Under the pieces are notes generated by a model. That model was not told where the DNA came from. It made no database searches and saw only the letters and a program-made list of their open reading frames with translations. Shown here piece after piece: positions 13,637 through 25,411 of a DNA stretch of 64,000 nt. Location of the stretch: positions 10,827 to 74,826 of the forward strand of contig JAHLWZ010000034.1 in NCBI GenBank assembly GCA_020536535.1, given 5' to 3'. A program made the position numbers and the translations under genes. Positions within the stretch are counted from its first letter, which is position 1. Every line of letters begins with the position of its first letter. The stretch comes from Pelomyxa schiedti. Taxonomy: Eukaryota; Protista; Evosea.

Positions 13637-13899
13637 ACTGGCAAGCACATAGAGCCAATGTAATTTTTTAACAGAAAAATTGTGGAAGTGTTTTTGCTAA
13701 GTAAAGACTTTGCGTTCTCACCCAGTCAATCACTATCCCCCTTTAACACAACACAATGCCACCAAGAACAGTGCCGCACAATCCACTATTACGAAAACAT
13801 AAAAAAGACTTTGTTTGAAGGAAGAAGATTTTTGTATTTTACTTTCCAACAACTTTTTCCTTTGCTTTCCACACAACACCACAAACAACCAAAGGGGAT

Positions 13900-15946
13900 T
13901 GGGGAGTTCAAGGCTTGAGTTCCACAGCCAACAGGCCAATTGATCATGCACATCATCAGCTTCCAAGAGACTTCCAGGCTCAGTGAGTATACCCTTGCTG
14001 TCACTTCCCTCCCAATGTGCTGGGGCTGTTCCCCCGGCTCAGTGTCTCACCACCACTCCCATGTGACCCGGTATTGGTATCCCTTCCTGCTGCCCCGGTG
14101 TGGGAACCTCCCCATTCCCTGGGAATGGTGTGGGGGTGGAGGCACCGGCAGAGAGTTTGAAGTTACTATGAAGCAGCAAGAAGCGGCAACCAATGATGGG
14201 TCAGGAGGGTGGTGCACCGGCCAATATTCTCGCACGTTTTCTGTCCTTCTGATATACGTCGCGAGTTTCGAAGGTGAGGAAGTGTTTGCAGCAAGGGTAT
14301 CCATCACTGAGCAATGAATGATCAACCAGAAGTCTCCCTCTGGATTCCCATTCCAGAGTTTGGTCGCTGTGGTATGCATGGTTCAAAAGGGTAGTCGGGT
14401 ATGTGGAAGGTAGCCCCGCTTGCTCCCGTAGATCCCGAATGGGAGTAAATGATGTCGCATGGTTGGCTCTGGAGTGGGTTATTGTACTTGTTATGTTTTT
14501 TGGGGTTAAAAGGTTTTATCATTCCAGCAATTCTGCAAGGAATATCATACTCTCTTCATACTTCAAGGGTATAACACCCCTTCTTCCGGAAATAAAAAAC
14601 AGTGCATGGCACAGAAAATAGAGCCTTCTCTCAATACGGTGTTCACAAGAATTCCCCAATAAAAAGAGACAGGGTGGTGCTGGCCAAACCACCGCTTCTC
14701 AGCAGGCAGGAAAGAAGTAAACACCCCAGGGCGGAATAATGCCTGAGTGATATGTTAGTTGTGAATACCCATGAGAGGATTGAAATACCTGAGGGAGTAC
14801 TTCCGACTCACAGCTATTCCCCTCGGGGAGGCAGGAGGCAGAGAGCAGAGAGCGGCACATTAACTCAAGCAAATAAGTGGTGCTCCCTGCCTCCCAATCT
14901 GCCGTAACCTAAAATCAAAGTCAGTTCCATCGGCGACAAGAGTGAGTGTACCTTTGTGTGTGTTTTTGACGTTGCTTGGTGCTGACCAGAGAGACCCGGC
15001 TGACATGACTGCACGCAACAAATCAAATACATGTGTGGATGCGCTTTGTTGGGACCGCACTGTAAAAAGGGGGTGTGCAGCAACATGGGTTGTTGCTGAT
15101 TGAGCTTGTTGGCCAGCTTTTCTTCCCCTTGGTCCCATAATCACCGTTCGAAACTCCTACTCACACACTTCACTCGCGCATCCACACACTTCACCACCAC
15201 AATCTCATTCACCTCAACCAATTTGCGGGTGTATTCATTCACTCCTCGAAGGAAGTAGTGACTCTCGTTTGTCCACGATTGATGCGCCACTCTTGGTTGG
15301 TTGCGCTTTCCCGCTTGGTTGTTGTGGTGGTGCCTGTTGGCAGAGGGGCCCGTTTCGACGGCTGGTCAGGCTTGATTGACGTCGATATCGCAAAAAGAGC
15401 GGCGACGTAAGTTGACTGTTAATGTCATGGGCTGCTGAACCAGCACGTGCTGTAGTCATTTGGGGAATTGTTCATCTCTTTCCGGTAAGGTGATTTCGAT
15501 GAGGATGGTGATGGACAGACATCTGCTGTTGTCCAAAAAAAACCTTGTCTCCCGACGGCCTGGCATACTGGGTGTCGATCCCGAATGCCAGAATGGTGGT
15601 TGGTCTCACCAGCCCGTGCCGTCATATACTATGGGAGATCAGTGGTGTTGTAGTTCACCCGTAGTTGCCAATCATCCTCGTCGGTATTGTTTGGGGCCCC
15701 GTGCCTCACCCCTCCGTGGTGCCCGTGCCTGCCTTGATGTTGCGCCCCGCGCCTCGTCGTACGTCCATGTACGATAATAACCGCGGCACCACGAGGGGGT
15801 TTGTTGCGTGCTCAGCTGACTGTGAGATCCGATGCCCCCGCAGTGTCAGATCGCCGGCAACCAACAAGATCTGCGTGAGAGATCCAAGTCAGAAAAAACG
15901 AGAGTACAATGTGGAGGAAGTACATACTCGTCGAAGGCGGTTTCAT
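13900..15946 (-). CDS. Possible multi-exon hypothetical gene (or decayed gene), no recognisable domain
   Basis: ATG at 15946 followed by GTATGT donor; chain of short minus-strand ORFs flanked by splice-like sites; no conserved motifs seen. Confidence 0.25.
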
Positions 15947-16276
15947 CGCTGCTGTGAATCGCGGCGGAGAGCGACATCGCTCTCCGCCGGATCTGCGTAT
16001 CACCGTGTTAGCGTATTGGAAAACGAACAAAAGAAACAGCGCGAATGCGGAGGAAAAAAAAACGAAGGTGGGATGTGTACCTGGGACCATGTGCGTCAAG
16101 AAACGATGTCTAATTCGCGTGTCGGCGTTGTAGGTCTCCGTGTCACGTTGGTTTGTTTTGTTTGAGTTTAATGTTTAATTGTTTTTTTAACTTTTGCGGT
16201 TTACGCTTAAAAGGAAGCGAAAGGAGGGAGGAATAAAAAAAATATTACGCACAGCAATTGGAGCAGTTGTTCATCT

Positions 16277-16376
16277 NNNNNNNNNNNNNNNNNNNNNNNN
16301 NNNNNNNNNNNNNNNNNNNNNNNNNNNNNNNNNNNNNNNNNNNNNNNNNNNNNNNNNNNNNNNNNNNNNNNNNNNN
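16277..16376. other. Scaffold gap (100 N)
   Basis: Run of exactly 100 N. Confidence 1.
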
Positions 16377-16480
16377 AACTCACAGCACAGTGATGGGCTT
16401 CCACTTCCCTCAGATTATCCTCTGAGATGCTCTGGTCCGGCACCAGTGTGTCAGACTCAGCAGAGGAATCTGATCAATTA

Positions 16481-18075
16481 ATGATCTGGCCCGTTAGACA
16501 GTGAGCGACAACTGCGTCGCGTGCCGCGCACCGTCGCCGTGACAGTCTTAATGTTGGTACCTGGATTGTGGGAACGTTCGTTGCCCTTCTGTCCCTGTGC
16601 ACTACTGTTGTTGTTGTTTCAAGTGTGTGCTGCGCGTCTGTGGCACCCCCGCAACACTCGCCCGCCACGATCAGCGCCGCTAATACAACCGAATTGTGGG
16701 GCGCTGTTGCCTCATTAGCATTGTGGGGCACGTGCTATCCCCACATCATCAACTCACCGTTGGCGTCCATAGATAGAACATCGGTCGTCAACCACCGCCA
16801 TCACCCGAACCCACCCAGGACTTGGGTGCCCATCATTCAGTATATTTCCTCTTCCACGTGCGATATGCGTTGTTGATAATGAGACTAACAACAATCGCGC
16901 AGGCTCACGTTGTCAGCACGCAACCACGCCCGCAGTACTTGATGTCACTGTTACAGTCAGCAAGAAAACAGAATCAAACGGAATTCACATTCTCCGAAAA
17001 ACCTCTTCATCACAGCAGGTATTCGTATTAATAGTTTGATTGTGCCATGGAGTCACGCATGCCTTGATATCGTTCACACAGGTCATTTTGGTAACTGTCG
17101 GTTTATTGACTCAAAAAAAGGAGTGAAGTGAAACCGGATGATGCCAAGGAAATGGAACTGCAAAAAAATGCTCGCTAAGCATAGCAATCCGGATCTCTCT
17201 TTTGTATGAACTGTTGTTTGCCAATGCAAGAGGTTCCTCTTTTGCTCCTCGTAATGTAATGAAAGATCTCTCGGTTATTGCTGAAATCAGCATGCGCACA
17301 TAGTGAGGACCCAATTCCAGTTTGCGTTTTCCTTCGAGGACAGTTATTTTTTTACTTCTCACTGGAGTCTCACAACACATTCAATACTGCCCCACACGTG
17401 CAATATCAGAGTTGGCATATGCTCATTTTCATAGCACATTAAGTGCTTTCCAAAGTTATCTTGCTGGTGGCAACAGATTCCAATACTAGCATCAAGCACC
17501 TACATAGGTGCGTTGCAAAGAAATAGTGCTAATACTCATGGAAAAAGTACGGGATTTCTTTGTCTTGTAATACCACTGCGACCTCTACTCATTACACTAC
17601 GGGTACTCCATTCTCCATTGTTTTTTTAATCCTCATCTCGCTAGTGTTAAATGTTACGTCTGCTGCACTGGTAGCTGTTGACCTATGGGTATCCTTCCAC
17701 CTGTGGCTGTAGAAGTTGGCAAATTAGCCTGCTGAAAGGCATCACTGGAACCCTGGATATGGCGATTCAGTCACTGTATGTGTCCTAAGTTTCCAAGCAG
17801 TGTTCTTAAGTTCCATTAGGTTAAACAATGCTACTCCAACCTCTGTTATTAAAAACCTGTTCTCACTTGCATTCCCCAGTAACCTACCCAACACAAAGAA
17901 TTGACAAAAAAAAGATAGAACAAGACCTGTAGCTTCCTCCCTGATTACCGAAGTGGCACTGTTCAAAATACAACTAAAACTACGAGAGCTCCTAGTTCTA
18001 CCCCAACACGGTGGAACTGTTCCCTTTGTTGTTCGTTGGCCAAAAATTTCATTCTGTTGAAATTTTTGGGATGAT
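16481..18075 (+). pseudogene. Possible degraded gene for a secreted/membrane protein
   Basis: GC-rich segment with hydrophobic signal/TM-like stretch (WIVGTFVALLSLCTTVVVVSSVCC) in frame with ATG 16481 but separated from it by TGA; downstream exon-like blocks contain stops in the frames examined. Confidence 0.2.
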
Positions 18076-18128
18076 GAGGATTCCCCTGCAGTGATTAGAT
18101 TAGATTGAGATTGCCTCAATTTTCTGAG

Positions 18129-20756
18129 ATGTCGCACTGGGACCACTGCGCGTGTGCGTCGCACCTCGTCTATCGGGCGCCGCAACCCGCGTCACCTACC
18201 CCAAGTGCAACTGCAACAGCAGCCGACGAGCCCCTCCTGCAACCTATGGCGCCGCCGCTTCGCCCCCCAAGCGACGCCGCCCACTACGAATCGGCAAGCG
18301 ACGCGCCAGAGTGCGGCGTGGTCGTCGCCCCCAGCGTCGTCCACATGCAGCAGAGGCGGTTGACGATCGGGAGGCTAAAGTCGTGCGACGTGAGGCTCGA
18401 TGGCACCAAGAGGCCGATGTTGATATCGCGGCTTCACGCTGAGCTGCTGTGCCCTTCTAATTCTATTTCTATTGCTGTTGGTACTGGAACTAGTGGTAGT
18501 AATGGTAGTGTTAGCACTGCTACTAGTGGCAGTGGTGATGATCATGGTGTGGGAAACATTGGTGGAAGAGGGTCTGACTTGGCTGATATGGTGAGTGCTT
18601 TTACTGTTCCTCCTTCCCTCATTCATTCAATATCTCGTTGTGCGAGCGATTGTAAGTGTTTGATGCACCCCGTTTTTTCATTGTGATAGAATATCTACTC
18701 TATGTACACCAACATCCCAACACCAAAGCCCAAACTTCAACCATCATAATTATTGTTCAGAACAATGGAAATTCACTGATACTCTAAGGTTGCTGCTAAG
18801 ACTGCAGTGGAATGGTCAATTGTAGATAAAGGCAGCCTTAATGGTGTTTTTGTCAACAGCACGAAAATTTCAGCTGGTCAACCTGTAGTACTCCATCATC
18901 GAGACTTGATTGTATTTGGAGGGGGAGGGAATGTTCTGCCTGGTTCAGTGGTGCATCAACCAGAGAGTGAATTCCAGTTTCTATTCATGCAAAGAAATGG
19001 AAGATCCATCGAGCCGAAGCAAACACCAAAACAAACATCCCTGGATCCCAGCAGCCAAATTGTTCCGTTAAGTCACCAATCGTCACACTTCTTCATCACC
19101 TCAGAGCAATTTAAACCTCTTCCAAGGCCAGGCACATCAGGCAGCTCTCTGCATCTCACCCCAAATTCCACCTTTCAACCAGGTACAAGCGACAACATTA
19201 TTCCTCATACACAAAATGGAGGTACGAACACCACTGCCCAAACAACTTCTACATCCGCAAGCGAAGAGAGCCATACCAAACTTTTATCTGTCTCTGAATC
19301 CTGTATTATACAAAATCCAACTTCTACAGTATCAGTATCCACCACCACATGCTTAAATATTCAACAACCTATTCCTACCAATTTTGACCAGGAGCCACAT
19401 GAACTAGATTGTGTGAGTATGTTCTATTTTTAAAAAAATGCACTTGACTAAATTTCTTTCTACATTTCACAGGCTCAACTATTTCTCCATCTCCAAAGAG
19501 AGCAAAAGTGGAGGTGACAGTATCAACGACTTCAATTTCTCCCCTTTCCCACTGTAAAAATACCGCCTTTCCTTCTCAGTTGAGTGAGATAAAAAAACAA
19601 GTAGCAATCCTTGAGGGAAATAAAAAGGTGAAGAACTGCCTCATTTCCTAAATTAACATTCATAATAGCTTGTGGAGGAGTCTGAAGCTAAATACAAAGA
19701 AGTGGAAAAAACAGGCAAACCTGATGAGACTGCTAAAGAGGAAATGTCCTTGGTAGTTGCGGCAACTTCAACAACAGAAGCAGGCCCAGAAGAAGATAGG
19801 GTAGCTATTTTCTAAGGACTTATGCTCACCGAGAATGACTATTCTCAAGGCCAGCAGAGCAAGTGAAGAATTACTCCTGCTTCATAAAACTATAGCTGAA
19901 GATTATATCCCGCGCTCAACACTTGAAAGTGAATTCACTTGCTCTGTGTGCAGGGACCTTTTTATCGATCCATGTACTTTGGAGTGTTCCCATAGGTTGG
20001 GTCGCACATTATTCTTTGTTTGCAACATTGATTGGGTTCAGCTTTTGTGCTGAGTGTATAGAACATTGGTTGCAGCAACAGTCAGACTGTCCCTTATGTA
20101 GGACAAAAGTGTGTATTCCATGAGCCAGAATTTAGTTAATTGACTGCAGAAAACTTAAGGTGAGGAAGACTGCTGTTCAGTCACTCACTCTCCGTAATGC
20201 CGTGTCTGCACTAATAAAAGGATTATCTGAAAATCAGATCACACACTACCAAGCCCGCCTTCAAGCACGGGAAGGTAGACAATCCCGGCTCTTGCTTTCC
20301 CTATTCACCAAGACCAATAGACTCAAAAACTCACTCCGCGACATCTTTGGAAGAGGACCCCAAATACAAACAACTTAAGAAGCACATTAGTGACGCCAAA
20401 GAACGAGGCTTACCGTTTTTGAAAATTACAGACACCTGGACAAAAACAGACCAAAAGGTAATTCTCACACCATAATACCCGGCACTACACCTACAAAAAC
20501 ATTTCACAGTTTTGTGCTCACTTTAAAACAGAAGTTTTCTTCCGGAATAGGTCGATACCCAACAGGACCATGTAGAGAACTATATGCCGAGACAACCGGA
20601 CTCACTCCAGCCTGGGTGCGAAGTACTTCTTCTGCAGCAACATTGCAATGTGCTCTTGTAAATGTGGGCCTTGTGCCGTCCCGTGCACCACTGCCACAGG
20701 CTTCAGGTGTTCCTGTGATGAGGAGGATGCTAATGGATTTTATACAAGGCCACTGA
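18129..20756 (+). CDS. FHA + RING E3 ubiquitin ligase (RNF8/CHFR-like)
   Basis: FHA: TIGRLKSCDV..ISRLHA..WSIVDKGSLNGVFVN..LHHRDLIVFG; C3HC4 RING: CSVCRDLFIDPCTLECSH|SFCAECIEHWLQQQSDCPLCR. Confidence 0.9.
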
Positions 20757-20828
20757 AGGAGGGTTGTTTCAATTGCATTGTTGTTATTTTATAAAACTTT
20801 CTTATATTTGCGAGGGGAAAACCTTGCC

Positions 20829-22355
20829 TTAGTGGGAAATAAACTGTTGTGTAGTCATGTAGGTGGATTCGGTTGCCACAGAAACACGGCCTGAATGGGG
20901 AAGCGCGGAGTTTGTGATAATAGTACCACTATGCCAGTCAAGAAGATGAACATTTCCGGACTGGCCAGCGTAGAGGCACCCACTTACGGAATCATACAGA
21001 AGTGATGGGAAATCACCTGTTGCCTTGGGCATTTGGCACTGCCAAAGAGTAGTGCCCCTTGGTGACACGGCAACTACCCTGCCGCGGATTCCAACAACTA
21101 TTGCATATGGAGTGCTCGTAGGGCCATCTGCAACAACAGCAATAGATAAAGAGCTCCCTTGGTAACCACAACCTCGTAGTTCATTGTACCATAGAACTTT
21201 TCTCTCCGCCACATCAAGACAGAAGAGGCTTCCATTTGTTGCACAGTAGAGGCGTGAGTTGTGGTAAGCAACGCTAACACCATTGAAAAAGGTGCCCACA
21301 AGATTCACCTCTTTGGATTTCACCAAGCCAAGGGTAGTGACATCCACAAAGTTAACAAAACCAGCAACTCCAGCAAATATTGACATAGGCCATGCATCTC
21401 CTTGGGCAACGCAAACATTGAAAGTGGGGGTTGCATTAACCACGCACCGCGACACAACGCAGCCGTGCTCCAGATTGATTGCATATATAATCCCCCATAC
21501 TCCAACCCACACAAGGGAAGGACGAGTTCCCACACTCAACGAGGGATGCGCTGGTAGAGCAGGAAGATTTGGGGCTAGGGGAAGTGGGGTGCGCCACAGC
21601 ACGGCACCAGTGGCTTTGTTAATGCGGGCTACACTGCAGTTTGCTGAGGCCACCACACTATCACCTGCATCGCATAGTACGGCCTCAAACCCTGTTAAAG
21701 CTGTCACCCCCATGAAGATGGGAATGCTTGTGATTGTAGAAATCCACTCCACTGCTCCCGTTCCGGCATCCAAAGCGAAGAGGCAATAATCCACGGCCGC
21801 AAAAACCCTCAGCCTTGTTGGGGGCATTTCAGAAGATACTGTTGAAATAACTGATGACGAAGGTGAGGGAGGGGTACCCAGTAACACAGAGGGTGTCAAA
21901 AGTGGTCTATCATTGGGTAGATCCAGGTTGCGGTCCCACAACAACTTGAGCTTTGAGGAAGTACGTTGAGCTTGCTGAACAAAGCAAATCACGTGGCCAG
22001 TAGTACCTACGACAACAATGTGCTCGTGGTCGCTCGGAGTTGGAGGTGGCGGTAGCGACAATGCGATGCTTCCAGTCATAGTAGACGAGGTCATTTGCTG
22101 CGACAACGTTGGCAGCATCGGCGTCGTAATAAGCTGCGAGCTCGGCATAAAAGAAACAGAGGAGGAAGAAGCGGGAGAAAGCATGGGCAAAGGAAGAGGG
22201 GGCGCCGTAGCAGTACTCACAGAGGGATATAGAGAATAGTCAGGAGGTGGCGGTGGCGGAGGAGGAGGAGGAACACTTGTGTTAGGTGTCGAAGACACGG
22301 AAAAAGCGACAGGATCTGACACCGGCATCACTACTTGCATCATCGGATCTGCCAT
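20829..22355 (-). CDS. Intronless Pro-rich + PQQ/BamB-like beta-propeller repeat protein
   Basis: ~508-aa ORF with repeats LFALDAGTGAVEW, INKATGAVLW, LFCLDVAERKVLW, VAVSPRGTTLW, LLDWHSG. Confidence 0.8.
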   Translation of the reverse strand: MADPMMQVVMPVSDPVAFSVSSTPNTSVPPPPPPPPPPDYSLYPSVSTATAPPLPLPMLSPASSSSVSFMPSSQLITTPMLPTLSQQMTSSTMTGSIALSLPPPPTPSDHEHIVVVGTTGHVICFVQQAQRTSSKLKLLWDRNLDLPNDRPLLTPSVLLGTPPSPSSSVISTVSSEMPPTRLRVFAAVDYCLFALDAGTGAVEWISTITSIPIFMGVTALTGFEAVLCDAGDSVVASANCSVARINKATGAVLWRTPLPLAPNLPALPAHPSLSVGTRPSLVWVGVWGIIYAINLEHGCVVSRCVVNATPTFNVCVAQGDAWPMSIFAGVAGFVNFVDVTTLGLVKSKEVNLVGTFFNGVSVAYHNSRLYCATNGSLFCLDVAERKVLWYNELRGCGYQGSSLSIAVVADGPTSTPYAIVVGIRGRVVAVSPRGTTLWQCQMPKATGDFPSLLYDSVSGCLYAGQSGNVHLLDWHSGTIITNSALPHSGRVSVATESTYMTTQQFISH

Positions 22356-22655
22356 CACTTCCTTTGTTTGTTGTTGTTGGTTTTTACGGGGTGCCTCTTT
22401 GTCCGATACGAATTCGTTTTGATGTTTTTATAAAAATTGGTGACACGGCGTTTTGAGTAACACCCCAAAAAATGGGCAGGCAAATAATTCTTGTTTCTTT
22501 TGTTGGCAGTGGTTCCCTGCGTTGAAATCAAAGTTACAGGTCACAGGAAATGTGTTGCATTTAAGAAAACAAGATCTTCTCACTAGCAAGGCGAGATCTC
22601 TTCTTGGGCACTTGCTCTTTGGTTGGAATTTCTGGGATAAGCGTACTACAGCAAT

Positions 22656-23748
22656 ATGAAGCCAAGTACAGAGTATACTAGTGGTTTGCCTGTGCGCGTG
22701 ATCCGCGATGATGAATACCCATTGTCTGCCGAATTGATAGAATGGTGCAGAGTCAAGGCACTAAGTCCAGCAATCCCAAAGTCAACTGCAACAGCCTCTC
22801 AGAATAGATCCCGCAGTAGGTGCAGTGGAGCCAAGCAACGGCAGCAACAAATGCTTGTGCACAACGGGGAAAGTCTGGATACCAATATTGACAGACCGAT
22901 GTGCGGAAAGATCGTGCTAATAGGCGACGCTTCTGTGGGTAAGTAATTGTATTATTCGTAGTATTTGGGAGTTGTTCACTTGGAATCAGGAAAGACGGCT
23001 TTGATTTCTAGATTGAAGTACAACACGTATGAGGATTCTCTAACCAGACCTACAATCGGTGTTGAATACACACGGTAGCATTATATTTCCAATATAACTT
23101 TCTTACCTACCCTCTAGTCTACCTTATTGCATACGAGGGATAAGTTCGTTTCAGATAGAAATTTTCGTAATTTGATGCATTTTTTTCGGTCTCCATTAAC
23201 TGTAATAAAGGACACTGCAGGGAGTGAAAGGTAAAAATATATACACATTATTTCCCGTTGATGGTGTACCTTAAGGTTCCACGCATTGACTGACTTCTAC
23301 ATGCGAGGAGCAGGTGGAGCCTTGCTTACTTTTGATGTGAGTAAAAAGAAGACCTTTAAACATCTCAAGTATTGGTATACTTCTTTGCAGGTTGGTTGGA
23401 CACTCTTAGTTTCAAACTAACTGGGGTTTCAGAAATCGGCGCCTGACGTTGCTATTAACTTAATAGGAATGAAATGTGATTTAACACCAAGAATTTCGAG
23501 GGAACAAGCAGAAGAATATGCCAGAAGTATTAACGTTCCTTACTTCGAGGTCTGCGGCGTTCAGTCTTTCCTTTTCTTGTCATTAAGTACTTACGTGCAT
23601 TTAGTGCTCTGCAAAGGATGGAACGAATGTAGAAGAGGTGTTTGATAACCTCGCCTGCCAGGTGTTCAGTATGGTGGCAACGCTGCCAGATGTTAGACTT
23701 CCAGTGCCTCCTGTTAGCCTCTCTCAATCCCAGTCCAAGTGTGACTGA
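22656..23748 (+). CDS. Divergent Rab-family small GTPase with N-terminal extension (start may lie further upstream, ~22472)
   Basis: KIVLIGDASVG|KT (G1), PTIGVEY (G2), DTAGSE|RF (G3), IGMKCD (G4), CSAK (G5); ends SQSKCD-stop. Confidence 0.9.
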
Positions 23749-23914
23749 CAGCTTGGCACTCCATTGCCCCGTTGTATGCAGTCACAGACTTAAAAGTAAT
23801 ATAGTGTGTCATTATATTGCACCATTGATAGCAGTCATGAACGCACAATTAACGGCCGATAACACCGCTACCCGCCGTGGCAATTTCATCAGTAGTACAC
23901 CGTTTGAAAAATAA

Positions 23915-25308
23915 ATGGACACCCTCGGGGAGTTCGTGTACGTTGAAGGCGACGGGACTGCCGCAAGCAACACCTACCTAGCCGCGAACGACAACAACAG
24001 CAGCGGGGAGAGAAGCACCGTGGGCGTAGGAGGCGGAGGGGCCACGGGCACGGGCACGGCCACGCCGCCAGCTAGGGGAGAGCTCGGCGGGGGTGCCGAT
24101 GATTACCGCACCACTGCCACAGACGTGAGGGGGGAGCGCAACGAGTCGGTGAGGGGAGTGGTGCTCACTGCTTCGACATACCTCACCCACTTGGCCAGTG
24201 AGGCTGATCGTGTATGCTTTTGCGTTTCTTCATGCCCTCTCCTTTTTGTTTGTCATTTTGCGGGATTGTCAATGACTTTTGGGTTGGTGTTGTCCTTCTG
24301 GTAGAGAACAAGGGAAGTCACGGAGGCAATTGATATTACCTTTGAGTCACTAAAAAAGGACATCATTACCATGCTCGATGCAAAACAGTGTCTTCTGCGC
24401 TCTGAAGCTGAGACATATTTGCAGGTGAATTGACTTTCCCTTGCATCTTTGTGGGATCAAAATGATATGAAATCATTAATTGTTTCCAGGCTTCATTCAA
24501 TAAACTCAAATTTCTGAACACCGATTTTCTGCTGGAGCAAAAAGTGCGGCCTGTTAGACATTCTGCCTCTCTGAATACTCAATTACACACCTCAAGCTTC
24601 TCTTCCCCAAAGAGCGCATTACGTTTGAGATGAGGAATGCCTTACGCGATATTTCTTTATACCATGGTATTTCTTGTTTACTCTTTTGTTTTTCCCTTTT
24701 TTTTACTCTAGATAGGTGCACACATTTTGGATCTTCCCATCGGTATTCTGGCAAGTGTTATGCAATTTTTACCGCCTCAGTCAGTACTTGCTTGCCGTCT
24801 TGTGTGCTACCAATTTTGGCAGAGTGCACAGAAAGGTTTCCCTTTCTTTCCATGCCTATTCCGTGATTCCAAATAACATTATCACGAATACTTCACCCAT
24901 AATATATCAATAGCATTCAGCTCTGACGGGTGCTGCTCAATCGAGTTGTTCAAGTTTCCCGGAAGTGATACAGTTGTGAGCCCGGCCATGGACTTCGAGT
25001 TCCACATCAACAAGACCCCCGACGGCTCTCTAGGGGTCAATATATTCGTTTCCAAGAAGAAGCTCTATGCACACCCCAAGCAAGTGACACTGCAAATCAC
25101 CGGCGACGTGAGTGCCGACTTCAACTTGGTGTTTTCTAGGCAGCAGCTGTGTGAGATGTCACATGGAAGCTCGTCGGCACAAGCCTGGGTTGTGCCTGAG
25201 GCCAGGCACGCCAAGCACATTGTAATCGCGGCCAGTGTTAGAGACACAACCACCATTTCCAGACCCCCTGGAATTTCTGGGTTGCAACCACCTACCTCGA
25301 AACTCTAA
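23915..25308 (+). CDS. Coiled-coil + F-box + putative beta-rich C-terminal domain protein
   Basis: Exon ~24716-24835 encodes ILDLPIGILASVMQFLPPQSVLACRLVCYQFWQSAQK (F-box); upstream heptad exons; last exon ends 25308. Confidence 0.75.
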
Positions 25309-25411
25309 GCACTTAGAGCAAAATGTACAATTCTGAGCCTGAGTGAAGAATAAAATCTTCGTTTTTCTCTAAATTATTGATCGTTCACAAAAAAACGGTT
25401 AGAGCACGAAG

